Below are positions 29,057 to 43,000 of a stretch of 64,000 nucleotides of DNA, one piece after another (position 1 is the first letter of the stretch; every line of letters starts with the position of its first letter). The notes below the pieces were generated by a model. That model saw only the letters and a list, made by a program, of their open reading frames with translations, had not been told where the DNA came from and searched no databases. Source of the stretch: Octopus sinensis (taxonomy: Eukaryota); contig NC_043020.1 in assembly GCF_006345805.1 (NCBI RefSeq), forward strand, positions 3,472,001 through 3,536,000. The letters run 5' to 3'. Made by a program: the position numbers and the translations under genes.

Positions 29057-31527
29057 TGGGTAATTCTTTCCTTCTGTTTATAAACCCAAATGTATAGAAT
29101 ATACAATCATGTGGTTTCAGGTTCAGTCCCACTGTGCAGCACCTTGGGCAAGTATCTTCTTTAATAGCCCCAATCTGACCAATGATTTGTGAGTGCATTT
29201 GGTAGATGAAAACTGTGTACACACACACACACACACACATAGTGTTTTGACAATTTTTTGTCCCCTTTTTTCAGGAACAGTTTGATGTATTGGTGAACAG
29301 TCAATAGTATTGGAGAGCATAAAGATTGTAGTTGAGAAGAAGTTAGGGGACATAAGGGACCTGGGTGGCATCGTCTGGATATTGTCTCGGCATATTTCTG
29401 TCCATGTGTCATCCCATTGTTGTTGATTGACACTACTTCTCCTTTGTGGACCCTGCCATCTGGTCAACAAAGGTCCTGCGTAAAATGCGTATCCTGCAAT
29501 CTAAACAGGTTTCTCACATTGAGAAGGGTGGTGTCATCTCAGTTTGGCAATTCTTTGATTTAGGGATGTCAAAAATGTGAGACAGAAAATGAAACCAACA
29601 ATAATGGGGAATGTACAAAAATTATTTGGAATTCTCTGTTGAGATTTTTTGATCAGCAAAATTTATTCTTTTTTTTACATAAAAGACAAATGTTGTTACT
29701 GTGAACAGCAAAACATTGAGAGAGTTTTGAATGTTGTTGTTCTTGGTGCTGTTGTAATAACAGATAAAGTGTTGTTAGTTGTTTGCCACCTACTGACTTC
29801 AAATGTCATTCATCCTTTGGCTGTTCAATTGCTTTTCTGTTGTCAGCTGCTGTCCACCGTCTCTGTTGGTCAACTCCTGCAAGTGTCTGTCAAGGCCCTC
29901 TCTGCTGCAACCCAGAGCTCTCCATCAATTAGTCATGGTGCATCAAATTTATACTGGTTGATAAGCTCAGAAAGAAGCATACCAAAAAAGGGGAGATCGT
30001 CCCTGGAGTCTATTTGATGTGAAGTTGTGATTGGTTAGCTTTTGTTAATCATGTGACAGGTATTCTAGCATATTGTGACACTGGGTGATCACTGAATATT
30101 TCCACCACAGGCCCAAAGGCAGCAATATTTTAGGGAAGGGATTAATCGATACCCTCAAACCCAATATTTAGGCTGATTTTTTGTTTATTTTGTTAATTTT
30201 GGAAAGATGAAGGGCAAAGCTGACATCAGCAGGATTTCAACCAACAATGTGAAGAAGCAGAATGAATAGCACAAAGCATTTCCCCAGTGCTTTACCAATT
30301 CTCCTAGTTACCTACTGCCCTTAAAGCTGCTTCTGATAATCATCATATCCTTACCAATATTAACAGACTTATTATCTTCAACATCAACATCAATGGTATC
30401 ATCATTGTTATCATTATCATCATCCTCATCACCAACATTGTCTTCATTATGATGATGATCATCATCATCATCACCAGTCACCATTATAATCATGTTCATG
30501 TCATTGTTAACATCAGTTTCTGCAAACTGGCAACATTTTTAGTTGATAGACAAAAACAAAAGGGTGGGACCTCTTTCTCTCTAATTCTATTTGTCAGCCT
30601 TTCTCTTTCTTTCTCTCTCTCTCTCTCTCTCTCTCACTCTCTCTCTCTCTCTCTCTCTCTCACTCCTTCTCTCTCTCTCTCTCTCTCTCCCTGCTAGAGA
30701 TAATTATCTTGTCAAGTAAGAGGTGGCTAATGATGGCACATTGAGGGAAGATGAGGGTAACATTAGGGTATATTTTAAGATAGGTGGGTCTAGAGGTTAA
30801 GAAGGTGTGGAAGGAGACAAAACAGCCGAGGGTGGTGGTTGTGGTGGGGTGACGAAGGCGGTGGGATGGTGGTGGTTGTTGTAAATAAATGTCAACTGTA
30901 ATGGGTGTGATATTTTCTAATACAATCAGAGCAGTCCTACCTTCACTACTGACACACCACCACCACCACCACACCTTCACTGCCACCACCATCACCATCA
31001 ACACTAACGAGAGGGGGCAAGGGAGTTGACCAACACAACCTTCATCATCACATCACCACAACCACCATCACCACTGCCATGACTATCATCATCATCACCA
31101 CAATTTCTGTCTCTTGACACTACTACCATGACTACCACTGTTGCTGTTGCTAACACCATCCTTTGTTAACTGACTTGTCACTCTGTTGGTTATGATGATG
31201 ATGATGGTTCCAGTGATCTGGTCAGTGGAATGGTCTGCTTGTGAAATTAATGTGTAAGTGGCTGGATATTCCACAGACACCTATGCTGGGCTGATTCAGT
31301 TGTGACACAGAATGTGACAAGGCTGGCCCCTCTTGAATTACAGGTACAGCTAATTTTTGCCAGGTGAATGGACTAGAGCAACGTGGAGTAAAGTGTCTTG
31401 CCCAAGGACACAACATGCTGTTGGGAATTGAACTCACATCCTGATGATTGTGAACTGAATACACCTAACTACTAAGCCATGTGCCTTCACTATATCATTG
31501 ATGTCCAATATTTGAAATATTCACCAT

Positions 31528-31563
<36 letters not shown>

Positions 31564-33962
31564 TTCACCATATCATGTATATATATATATATATATATAT
31601 CATTCCATGCTAGCATGGGTTACCTGCTGGGTGGTTGGTGTTAGGAAGGGCATCCAACCATAAAAACCCTGCCAAAACAGACACAGAAGTGAAGTGGAGG
31701 CTTCTGCGTGTCTGGCTCCTGTCAAACATCCCACCCATGCCAGCATGGAGGGCGGCAGTTAAATGATGAGGAGGATGGTGATGCAAATGAAAAAGCAAAG
31801 CAACAATACATGGAATGGATTGGCTTGATGTTCCAGTATAAGGTGGGAAAGAAAGGAGAGAGAAAACATCTGGAGAGAGTCAGGCATGGCTGTGTGGTTA
31901 AGAAATTTGCTTCCTGAACAAGTAGTTTCAGGTTCAATCCCAATGTGTGGCACTTGGAGCAAGTGTGTTCTAGTATAGTCCTGGGATGAAACAAGCCTTG
32001 TGTGTGGAATTGGTAGATGGAAACTGAAAGAAGCTCATGTGTATATGATGGCTGTAAATGAGCACCACTGTCATATAAGCAGTGTTCCTTATTTCCAATT
32101 TTTTCAGCCATGGAGAAATGTTGTGCTTGAAAAGAAGGATTTAGGGCCATAGAAAATCTGCCTCAACAAATTGTGTTTCACTTATCCGAGTGCTGAGGGA
32201 CGAACATTATACACTGCTGCTGCTGATTCCAACTGTGACATTGAAAAAAAAAAAACAGTTGGCACACTACATCAGATGGTGGTGATACTGAAATCAGTGG
32301 TTTTAGTGGTGGTGATGGAAGTGATGCTTGGCATGATATTAGTGTTGGTGGTAGTGCAGTGATGGTGCTTGATGATGGGGTGGTGGTAATATGGTTGCTA
32401 TGTTGGTTATACCAAATTTTTATTCTTGTTGTTTAGCTTCAAGTTGGTTCTGATTAAGCTGAGTGGTGAATAAGACAATCCAGCCATGACCACTCTGCAT
32501 GTCCTGTACCTCTTTCTTTCTTTTTTCTTTTGAATATAGTGTGGAGGTGCATAGCTTAGTGGTTAGGGTGTTAGTCATGATCCTAAAATTGTGGTTTCAA
32601 TTCCAATGTGTTGTGTTCTTGAGCAAGACATTTCATTTCACATTTGCTCCAGTCCATTCAGCTGGCAAAGATGAGTAATCTGGTGATGGACTAGCGTCCC
32701 ATCCAGGGGGTTAATGTATACACCATGGAAACCAGAAACTGGCCCTATGAGTCTACATGACTCAGCAAGGTTCTTTAGCCTTTATCTTATCTTTATTTAT
32801 ATATATATATATTTTGAAGTGACTTGACTGCAATTTCTAGCAGATCTGGATGATGGAAATTACAGATAATAGCTGCAGTAATGGTGCTAGTCCTGGAGAA
32901 GAATGAATGTGTGTGTGTGTGGGGGGGAGGGAAATAGAGAAAGGTGTAGTTAGTGGGTAAATAGTAATGTAATTGTAGAAGTGACCTATAGAGGCAATGG
33001 GGGGGATTAAAACAGATACGAGAGGGAGGTCGGGAGTGGTTGTTAACAGAATTGGGACTTTATCTCTGTTGTAGTGGTTATTGTTGCTGTTGCTGCAGCA
33101 AAGCCCCAGGTCAGCTTTGATTGAGTAGACATTTGATCAAAAGCATTCCAGCCATGACCATCCTTGCAATTTTCTTATGTGTAGGGAACCCAGAATGTTA
33201 TTTTCCTATGTTGTCTTCTGAAATAGTTGGGTGTGATTTTTATTTGAGGGAAATTTAACTTCTATTTCTAGCAAGTCAAGTGACCATGCTGAAGCTTTCC
33301 CATTTGCTAATCACAAGTATTTGATGATCTCTGGGTGTGAACATATGTCTGTATAGACTGTGTGTATGCATATATGAACATGTGTGTGGGTGCTTACATT
33401 CTTATAGAGGGTCAGGGTGTGGATGTGTGTGTGTGGGGGGGATAATTATCACCGTAATAGTGGGGAATGTGTAAAGAGGAACAGGATGAGGTTCCACTAC
33501 TCCCTCCCATTTGGGCTTTCTTTATTTCTGTTTTACCCTTAAAGGTTCACATTTCAGTAGAAAGGATTCTGCAAAAGTGAGGTCAAGACCAGTCTGGATC
33601 TATATATACTTGTTTACAGGCTGGGTAATTTTTCTCTTTGTTTCTATCCTATATTTGAACTCCACTACTAAGGTTTTTCTCCCCTACCCCTCATAATCTC
33701 GCATGTAAAATTTAAAAACATGAACTTGCTGGCCTTGTGCCAAAACTTGAAACCATTATTATTATTATTATGAAGATGGTAAGCTAGCAGAATCATAAAC
33801 AAAATGCTTGGCAGCATTTCTTCCAGTTTTTTACAGCCTGAGTTCAAATTCTGCCATGGTCAACTTTGCCTTTCAACCTTTTAAAATCAATGAGTACTGA
33901 GGCCAATGTACTTGACTTACACCCTCCCTCTAAAATTACTGGCCTTGTGCAGAAATTTGAAG

Positions 33963-34017
<55 letters not shown>

Positions 34018-37000
34018 GTGAGAGAGCAGTGCATGCCATCAAAGTGACACTGGGGTAGAATATACGAAGCCCAGTATACCCATTGTGACTATCTGTTTGA
34101 TAAGGGTACACTAGGCACATGCATCACAACCATATGTGTGTGACATGATGATCTCATATCAAGATAAACAGTGCATGACCTTGCAGGTCAAGTAACCCAT
34201 CCCGCTCAAAAGGTCCCTGAATAAGGTTTCTTTAAGGATGTTGAATAAAACAATCATGTTTCCAGAGGTGAATTATTCAAACCCCTAAAAACTCATCTCA
34301 ACACATGGCTATGATGCTCCTCCGCTACTTCTGCACATGATCAGAGAAGCACATACTAGCAGCCACTAAGGGACATGCTCAACTAGTTTAGGGTTAAACA
34401 CCTGACAAGTGAATCTGTGGTATTGAGCTGAATATTTGCTGTAACCCGTATTTTATACCAAGACAAAACCTGTACATAACACTTCCAATCAGCAAAGATC
34501 AAAAGCCATGAGAGCCAGCGTCTGGTACTACATCTGAGCAATTATCATTATTATTTTTAAAACTCTGGTTTTGTTGGAAATCTTAGATTCTTTCTTGCTT
34601 CCTGTAGCCTATAGCATCATGTTCTTTGTTTCTTCAACTAATACTTTTCTGATGATTCTGGCCATGCCAAGGAGGCAAACTTTTTGTAACAGTTCCACTG
34701 GACACTCTATTCCAAGTTTCTTTATATTCCTCTTGATGCCTTCTGATACTGTTCCCAAGGACTCAACAACTATTTGATGAAAACTCTCAGCTTATTTTGC
34801 TGGGTATGATGGAGAGTGTCAGCTGCCCACAGCCAGCAGACTAAGGTGGCATTGTTTACTGATCATGCTTCAAGAACCCTGCAGAGGATTCTTGCAGTTC
34901 CAAGCAATGAGGATTTTTATAGGTCTTCTATCTTTACATTTGTATCAGTCCTGTTGATCCATGTTCGTAGATTAGTGTTGATACTTCCAAGTGCACCAAT
35001 TACTATTGGTATCATATCCAATTTCTTTATTGGTCACAATCTATGTATTTCTCACTTCAATTCATCGTAATTGTTTGATTATTATTATTCAGGGAAGAAG
35101 AAAGTGGAATTCCTTTCAGGAAAAGATGGCAATGATTGGGTGTGGGTGATGGGCCAACATCCAGAGGATCTTACCATTGAAGACATTCTAGAACACGAAG
35201 CCAAAGAAAAAGCCACCTTACAGGCAGAAAAAGAAGCGGAAGAACTAAGGTAAGTTTTCATCTTACATCACTATCATTATTAGTCAACACTCACAGAGCA
35301 GAGTCACTCACTCAACTCTGACTTGAGTCTCTCTTTCACTCAACTCTATCCCTCATCTTTGACTTATCTCTTTCTTTCATATCTCCGATCAGCTCTACCA
35401 TTCCTCTCTCTTCCACACTCATTCTCTTACTTCAGTCTTTCAACTCTCCTTTGACTCTCTCCACCTTCACTCATCTCAATTACTCAACTGTATCTTATCT
35501 CTTTGTTTCACTCAGCTCTACCATCATTCTCTCACCATCACTCATCTCTACCATCATTCTCTCACCATCATTCAGCTCTGCTGCCTTTCTTCCCTTCAAT
35601 CATCTCAGTCACTCGCTATTATTTTGGCTGTTTGCTCTCACTCATCTCCGTCACTCAGCTCTGCCTGCCTGCCCACCCTCGCCTTCCTCATTCATTCACT
35701 CACTCATTAACCAACCATTGTCTCTTCTTATTCACTCAACTCCTTTTAATCAAATATTTTTATTTTTCTTCAACATTTAAATTTAATTTGTCAGAATATT
35801 TTTGTCTTGACAAATTAAATTTAAATGTTGAAGTGAATCGAACGGTCTTTCTGTGTTTCTTAAATGGCTTATAAACACCTTCCATGCTGCAATTGTTTTT
35901 GTTTCAGCACACGATCTCAGATCAGGTCACTTGCTATGCAAGTACATCTCCGTAATTTTATTTTTCTGTTCAGGATAAAACAAGAGCTAGAGCTGAAAAA
36001 GAAAATGGAAGAAGAAAAGAAAAAACTTGAAAAAGAACGAATTGAGAGAGAATTCCAGTTGAAGTAAGTCATTCTTAAGTTGTGGTTGTTGTTAGGTCTG
36101 GTCAGTTCCTCTAGATAAAAGCCACGGCATGGAAATATTAGACTGAATGAACAAGTTATTGACTAACTTAGGCGGCTTGCTGGCAGAAACGTTAGCGCAC
36201 CGGGCAAAATGCTTAGCGGTATTTCGTCTGTTGTTACGTTCTGAGTTCAAATTCCGCCGAGGTTGACTTTGCCTTTCATCCTTTCAGGGTCGATAAATAA
36301 AGTACCAGTTTCGCACTGGGGTCGATATAATCGACTTAATCCCTTTGTCTGTCCTTGTTTGACCCTCTATGTTTAGCCCCTTGTGGGCAGTAAAGAAATA
36401 TATTGACTAACATTTCAGATTGCAAACATTTAATGCAGAGAATTGATAGAAGTGTTAGAGGAAGAACTTTGTGGTGTTTATTCTGGGTTGAGTGGATGGT
36501 GGGAAAAGGAAATGATGGGAATAGAGAAAAATGATGATAGTCCGATGATGGGGATAACGAATGATGAGAATAGAGCTGATAATGGATGTTGAGAAGAGAA
36601 ATGCGATGAAATGGCCAAGTCGTGTGTTGCGGAGGGATAAAAGTGAATGAGTGAAAGGAGGATTGGAAATGTGAAGGGAGAAAGGAGCAGAGAGAGAAAG
36701 ATGAGGTTAAGAATGATGGAGAAGGAAATGAGAGCAATGGAGTGTGTAAAGGGGATGGATGTAAAGGATAAGAGAAAATAGGGAAAAAGGATAAGGGGCC
36801 TGCAAAAGCTGACTCCTACTTTAGCAGAGAAAGTAACCTTAAGGTGTTTGTTGTTGCTGTTGTTGTTGCTGTTTTGAATTCAAATATTTCTGAGATTAAT
36901 TTTATCCCTCATTCTTCTGGATTCAATAAATAAAGTACCGGCCCAGGAAGGTGAATGTAGGGATTGTTGGTGTTTGACAAGATGCCTTGTGGTACTTGTT

Positions 37001-40000
37001 TTGGTTCTTTGCATTCTGAGTTGGTAGCAGACTTAATCCATTGTCTGAATGAACCCCTTCACCTGGCCCTTGAGGGTCTTTAGTCAAGTCCACTCTGTTG
37101 CAAACACTCAGACCAGGTCACCAGTTTAAGGATATCTTCCTCCCTTCCTCCAAGATTGTGCTCCAGCATGGTCACAGTGTAACAACTGAAACAAGTGAAA
37201 TGTAAAAGATGTGCGTATATGCGTTTCAGTTGTAGAGATTTGGTATGGTCACTTGTTGTTTTCACCATTCTCGGGCCTCATGAATTAAATTGACCTTTAT
37301 TTAACAGCAGTGGTGAGTTTATTAAGGGAGATTTTAGCTGTGATATTAAGCAACTGCACAGATGCTCCACACTAACTCACGTGGCCCCTATTTTAAAGAC
37401 AACATACACTTTGTGAAATCAGATCTATATATTTCATTGAAAAGATGATGAAATGATAGAAATAGTCTTCCTCATTCAGTTGTGTAGATCTTATATTAAA
37501 GATAATTTTAAGGGCCTTTTTATAGCAATATTTTTAAGACTACATCTGGGATCGTTACAAAATCACTCCTTCATATTTATTTATTTATATTTAAATTATA
37601 ACCTATCATAGTTTATGCCAGAACTTTTTTATGCTTCAAGCACCAGATTGATAATGGAAATATTGTTATTTAACTATATTCCTCCAAATGCCTGGTTATT
37701 TCAACATTTATTGAAACATAAGTAATGTGTTTTTTATGAGAGATATAGTCATGAAGGCCACTTACAGAAAAGGTCACAATTGCTCTACTTTAATAACCAA
37801 ATGTCATTGATTTGTTCTAAGTTACTTGATAGATGATGATGATTACTTTTGTTTGTTATACACCCATCCATCTTGTCTGCCCACTATTCCTGGGATGGTC
37901 ATGGAACTAGAATCCTCAGGCACCCCCTTTGTAGGATCCTACCAGAAGCAGTCATTACACTTCCTCACTGGATTCTCAAGCAGGACTAACCAAGAGCACA
38001 TATTATCCAACCATCTCATTCTTGCTCTTCCCCTGGGTCTCCTGCCAGTTGGCTTGAAGAATCTGTGTTGCAATTCTTTCCTGCAACATTCAAATCTGTA
38101 GTACTGGAGCTGTGACCTCTCAGTGCAAAGATGCAGCAGCACAACCTGGAGAAACTCCCTGATCCCTGAGCTATGCACATTTTCAAGTAATGTGGCTCCA
38201 GAGATCCTTTAAAGGAACCCCATTTTAGCCACTTGTATCATACTCTTTCAGATTCATAACCATAAGTGAGGATAACCATAAAAATATTGAGGTTTTATTT
38301 ATTCCTCATTACTTTGATAAGAAGAACAATATATGTCTTTAGATGTGCAGTAAATCTCTAGGTTTAATATGCATTTTTTTCGTCAAAATTTAGATTAAAA
38401 TTAGGGATGCATAGAATACATGTCATTGAGCCACAAAGATTTTCCTGCACTCGTTAAGAAAAAACAATAATGTAATGATTGAGTTTTATTATTTTTAGAT
38501 AATTTTTTTTATTACATATGAAGAAATCTTATATTCATCATCATCATCATCATCGTTTAACGTCTGCTTTCCATGCTAGCATGGGTTGGACGGTTCTACT
38601 GGGGTCTGTGAAGCCAGAAGGCTTCATCAGGCCCAGTCAAATCTGGCAGTGTTTCTACAGCTGGATGCCCTTCCTAACGCCAACCACTCCGTGAGTGTAG
38701 TGGGTGCTTTTTACGTGCCACCCGCACAGGTGCCAGGCAGAGCTGGCAAACGGCCACGAACGGATGGTGCTTTTTATTGATTTTAAATTTTGACATAAGG
38801 CCAACAAGTTTGGGAGAAGGGGCTAGTCACATCAACCCCAGTACACAACTGTTACTTAGTTTATTGACCCCCGAAAGATGAAAGGCAAAGGTCGACCTTG
38901 GCAGATTTTGAACTTCAAGCTTGACTTGACTTTACATCCTTTTCAACAAAAACTAATATATTGATGTGTATTAGCTTATCTCCTCTTGTACCAGTTGTTT
39001 AACACTATTATATTATTATGAAGTTGTAGCATAAAGTTATTTTGGTTTGGTTAAGAGATGGAAGAACAAAATTCTATGTAAAGTTCCAAATACAAATATT
39101 TATTAACAAAAAAGTTGTCCTTGTGATGAACAACAGGAAAATGATATTGAAACAAAGTAAAGCTGTCCAATGGTGCATTTTTTACCTGGTAGCCTATTTT
39201 ATATATGGTGGTACATGGTTTTTAAATTATGTTTGTTAATCATGAAATTGATTGTTGTTAGTTTGTCTTTCTTACAGACGCAAAGAAGATGAAGCTGCTT
39301 TGTATCAGTCATTGAAAGAAGTTAGGCTGATAGCAGATACAATTGAACAAGAAAGAGAAAAAGAGCGTCTGGGAGAAGAAGACAGATTAAAAGAACTTCA
39401 GGTGAGTCTGCTGGCAACAGTTTCCTTCATCTTTATGTCTTTTGTTGAAATATAAAAAAAATTAGAATGTAAAAATTGATGCTTGTTTTATTATAAGTGT
39501 TGAAAAAAAACCCCCTCAAAGTGATCGTGTCCAAAATGCCATAGGCCTTGCTTTCCAATCTCATACTTTGTAGTATGATTATGTCCTCAGTTTCATGTTC
39601 TGAGTTTTTTATTCCACCCAGGTTTACTTTAACTTTCATCCTTCTGAAGTTGATAAAAGAAATATTGGGATGTTGATGCAATTGACTATACTCTCCTAAG
39701 CTGTGCTCCAGCATGGCCACAGTTGAATGATTGGAAATAACAAAAGAAAAACATATGTGTATATTTGCATCTTGAGACGACCGGAAGAAGAATTTTCTGA
39801 TGTTTCTACTGATTTTATTGATTTTATTTTTCTGTTGACATATCTTAGGATCAGGAAGAAAAAGGTCTACAGTACTGTCGAGAAAATTCCTTAAAGTTGA
39901 AGAAACGTCGAAGTGCTGAACTTTATACGTCTTGGCGTAAAATGAGAAACATTCTAGAAAAGAATAGTACTGAAGACAATAAAGAAATTGAAGCAACTTG

Positions 40001-43000
40001 GAAAGAACAAGGTGAGTCTGTTTCTGTAAGTTTCACATTAGTTGAACTGACAAATGAAAGGGAAGCCCTCGACATAAATACAAATTCTTCCACAGTCTTA
40101 TAGTTGAATGGCATTGTCACACCACACCACAAATTGATCTTCTGGTCGAACTGAATAAACTGTTACCATTGCTTTTTCAAGTGCTGACTGTTGATTGTCA
40201 CCTGACCATTTTTTTTGTGTTTCAATGACAAGTGGAAGGACTTGAGATTAGTAACCAGAACTGGTACTGATAACTCAAGACTAAATGTATCCTGCAACCT
40301 TAGGTACCTAGCTCATTTCTTATGGTTTTGTACAAGGTAAAATACTTTGGCATAATTACGGATTTCTGTGCGTCTGTCCTGATTTTGTTTCTTCATAACT
40401 TTCTTAAAACTGGAAAAATTAGTAAAATTTTCTACAAATATGTTTCAGATGGTGTAGATTATGTCAGAATTGTATAAAAAAAAATATCGTGGGTGAACGT
40501 CTGATAATTCAAATACCTTGATGAGGTGTGTGAATTATCCCTACCTTCCATTTTTTTGCATATCAAATTCCAATATAATCAAAATCTACACCATGTGAAA
40601 CATGTTTGTTGAAAATTTTATTAAAACATATCCATTTTTTTTAAACTTATGAGGAAAGAATCTGGTGGAAGTAAGGCACACATCTGTAGTTTTTTTTTTC
40701 AAGCTTTTTATAGAATCAAGGAATCTACCCCAATATCCATTATCTTCAACCAATAATCTCAGTTTTTTGCTATTTCTAGTCCCTGAAGCTCCTATTGGGA
40801 TAACAACAACACCTTTATGGTAATTCCAAGTTATCTGAATTTTGGACTTCAGGTTTTGGGTTTTCTTTTTAATATTATCTGATATTCTTTGCCTGCCATT
40901 CGGGTATTAAATGGGGCAAATAATAGGGATTAAGTAACACACGTTTCTCTCTTTATTGACTATGTTGTTGTCATCTGCCTTCCCCTTCCTCCTCCTCCTC
41001 CTCCTCTTTGTCCTATTATCATTATTATTATTATTATTATTATTATTAGCTCCGCCTTAGCAAAGGTGGAGGTATTGTTTTCAGTTGTGTTTGTATGTCC
41101 ATGGACAAGATATCTCAAGAACCACTGGATGGATTCGAATGGAACTTTCAGGGATATTTGGCCTCGTGACTGGCATGAGCCAATTAGATTTTGGGATCCA
41201 TCTGTTGCTGGACAAGGATTTGAAATAATTTTTCCGTTTTTTTAACTTAATTTTTGAGAGCGGTCAGGTTCGTTTTTAGTATTCTCATTTGTGAGAGTAG
41301 TCAAATTTATTTCAGATATTTTCATTTTAAAAATCATCTCCGGCTAATCATTGAGAAGACATTGGTGTTGCCTTGGCAGAGGTTTGTGCTCTCTGAGTGT
41401 TCTTGTTGTTGTTGTTGGTTGGCAGAGTTGTTAGTGTTCGAAAAAAATAATTTGTAATATTTGTTCTGACTCTTTGCATTCTGAGTTCTAATCCTGACAG
41501 TCAACTTTGTTATCCATCTTCCTAGGGTTGATAAAATAGGGTACCAGTTGAATACCAGGGTTGATATAATCAAATAAACCCCTTCATGCAAAACTACTGG
41601 CCTTGTGCCTAAATTAGAAATTATTATTGATGTTATTTTTGTCATATATTTTAGAGAAGAAATCACGAGAGGCCGAGGTTCAATTGCGGGAAATAGTACG
41701 ACGAGCCCGGGAAGAACATCGACGATCACAGAAATCTCTGTCGAAAGGCAGCAGCTCATCTCTGTCCGAAGATCTCCCACCAATTCCTCCGAAGCAAGTA
41801 TGGTTTTCTGTGCTGTATGTATCTTTTATAAATGTTTTTTTTCACTCTCAGAGCACCAACCAATGGCACCAGCACACTGATGATGATGATGATGATGATG
41901 AGGTGGAAGAGGAAGCATGAAGTCCAGAGCACTGAAATCACATTCTTTTCTTTTGATTTATTTAACACTGCATGAAAAAAAAAGTTTAAAAAATAGCAAT
42001 CTCTATATCATACTTAATGCATATACATCACCGAAAGCCAAAATAACTGTGGTATTTGTCTAGAGATGGTATTTCTTATGAATATACTATATCATTTATG
42101 CATTTACTAAATCAATATCATAGTTAATTTGGCATTCCATGATGTATTTGCCTTGAGTATGATACATAGATGGCTAATTTATTCTAATGTTGCTTCTGTT
42201 GCACATAATGAATTTAAAAAGGAATCCTCTCCCTTGTTTATATTAGAAGGAGAAAAATAATCTATATTATGAGTGATCTGATAAAACCATCTGTGAAATC
42301 TCCCTCAAATTACACCCTACTATTTAAAACAAGAAAATGAAATAGCACATTAGATAATGCTTGATCAGGGCTAATCTAGGGTTCAACAACATAACTGACC
42401 ACTTGGTCTCGAGTTAGATGTCCAGCACAAGACGGTTTTTTTTTCCATGTTTCAGTTTGTTTAGAGCCAAAGTGCAATATGTATTTTTTTGTTATTCAAT
42501 ATCAAATGTTGAAAGAGTGAAATTATAAAAAACAAACAACAAAAAGTGAGGCATGGAGAAAAATTCCTTGAAGTTCTGTCTTCCGTCGTTTTAGCCTGGT
42601 TACTTAAGGGTATCAAATAATGTAGTTGAAGTAGTTTTCTTTCAGGGAACCTACAACTGGCCAGAGTAAATGACTTTAGAGTTAATGGTTGTGGAAATGT
42701 TTTGCTCAACATCTTTCTTATGTTTTATCCAAGCTACAAGTTTAGATATGTTTATTCTGTTAGTCGATATATAAATTTATCACACATGTACGGAAATTGA
42801 AAAGGAAAGCAGTGGAAGGGAAATGGCTGAGGAGATAACATGTTGAATTTCCAGTTCAATGGTTTTGGTATCAAGTTGGCACATTTCATTTTCATCAGAT
42901 CCTACTGTTTATTTCAACAATGCCCTTAATTCTAGATGCTTCAATTTACCTGATTCTCATAGATATTTACCAGGTTATTTGTGAGTGTTAATCAGATAGA

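Noticed and set aside
29649-30017. 122-aa plus-strand ORF as a possible nested gene
   Set aside because: No recognisable domain or splice-supported partner exons.
33772-35068. Idea that SINE family A is mobilised by the R4/Dong-like elements
   Set aside because: SINE-A tails read (ATT)n in sense while the Dong-like tails read (TAA)n, i.e. opposite strands of the microsatellite.
39433-39996. 187-aa minus-strand ORF
   Set aside because: Antisense to an SH2D4 exon and two SINE fragments; no homology recognised.
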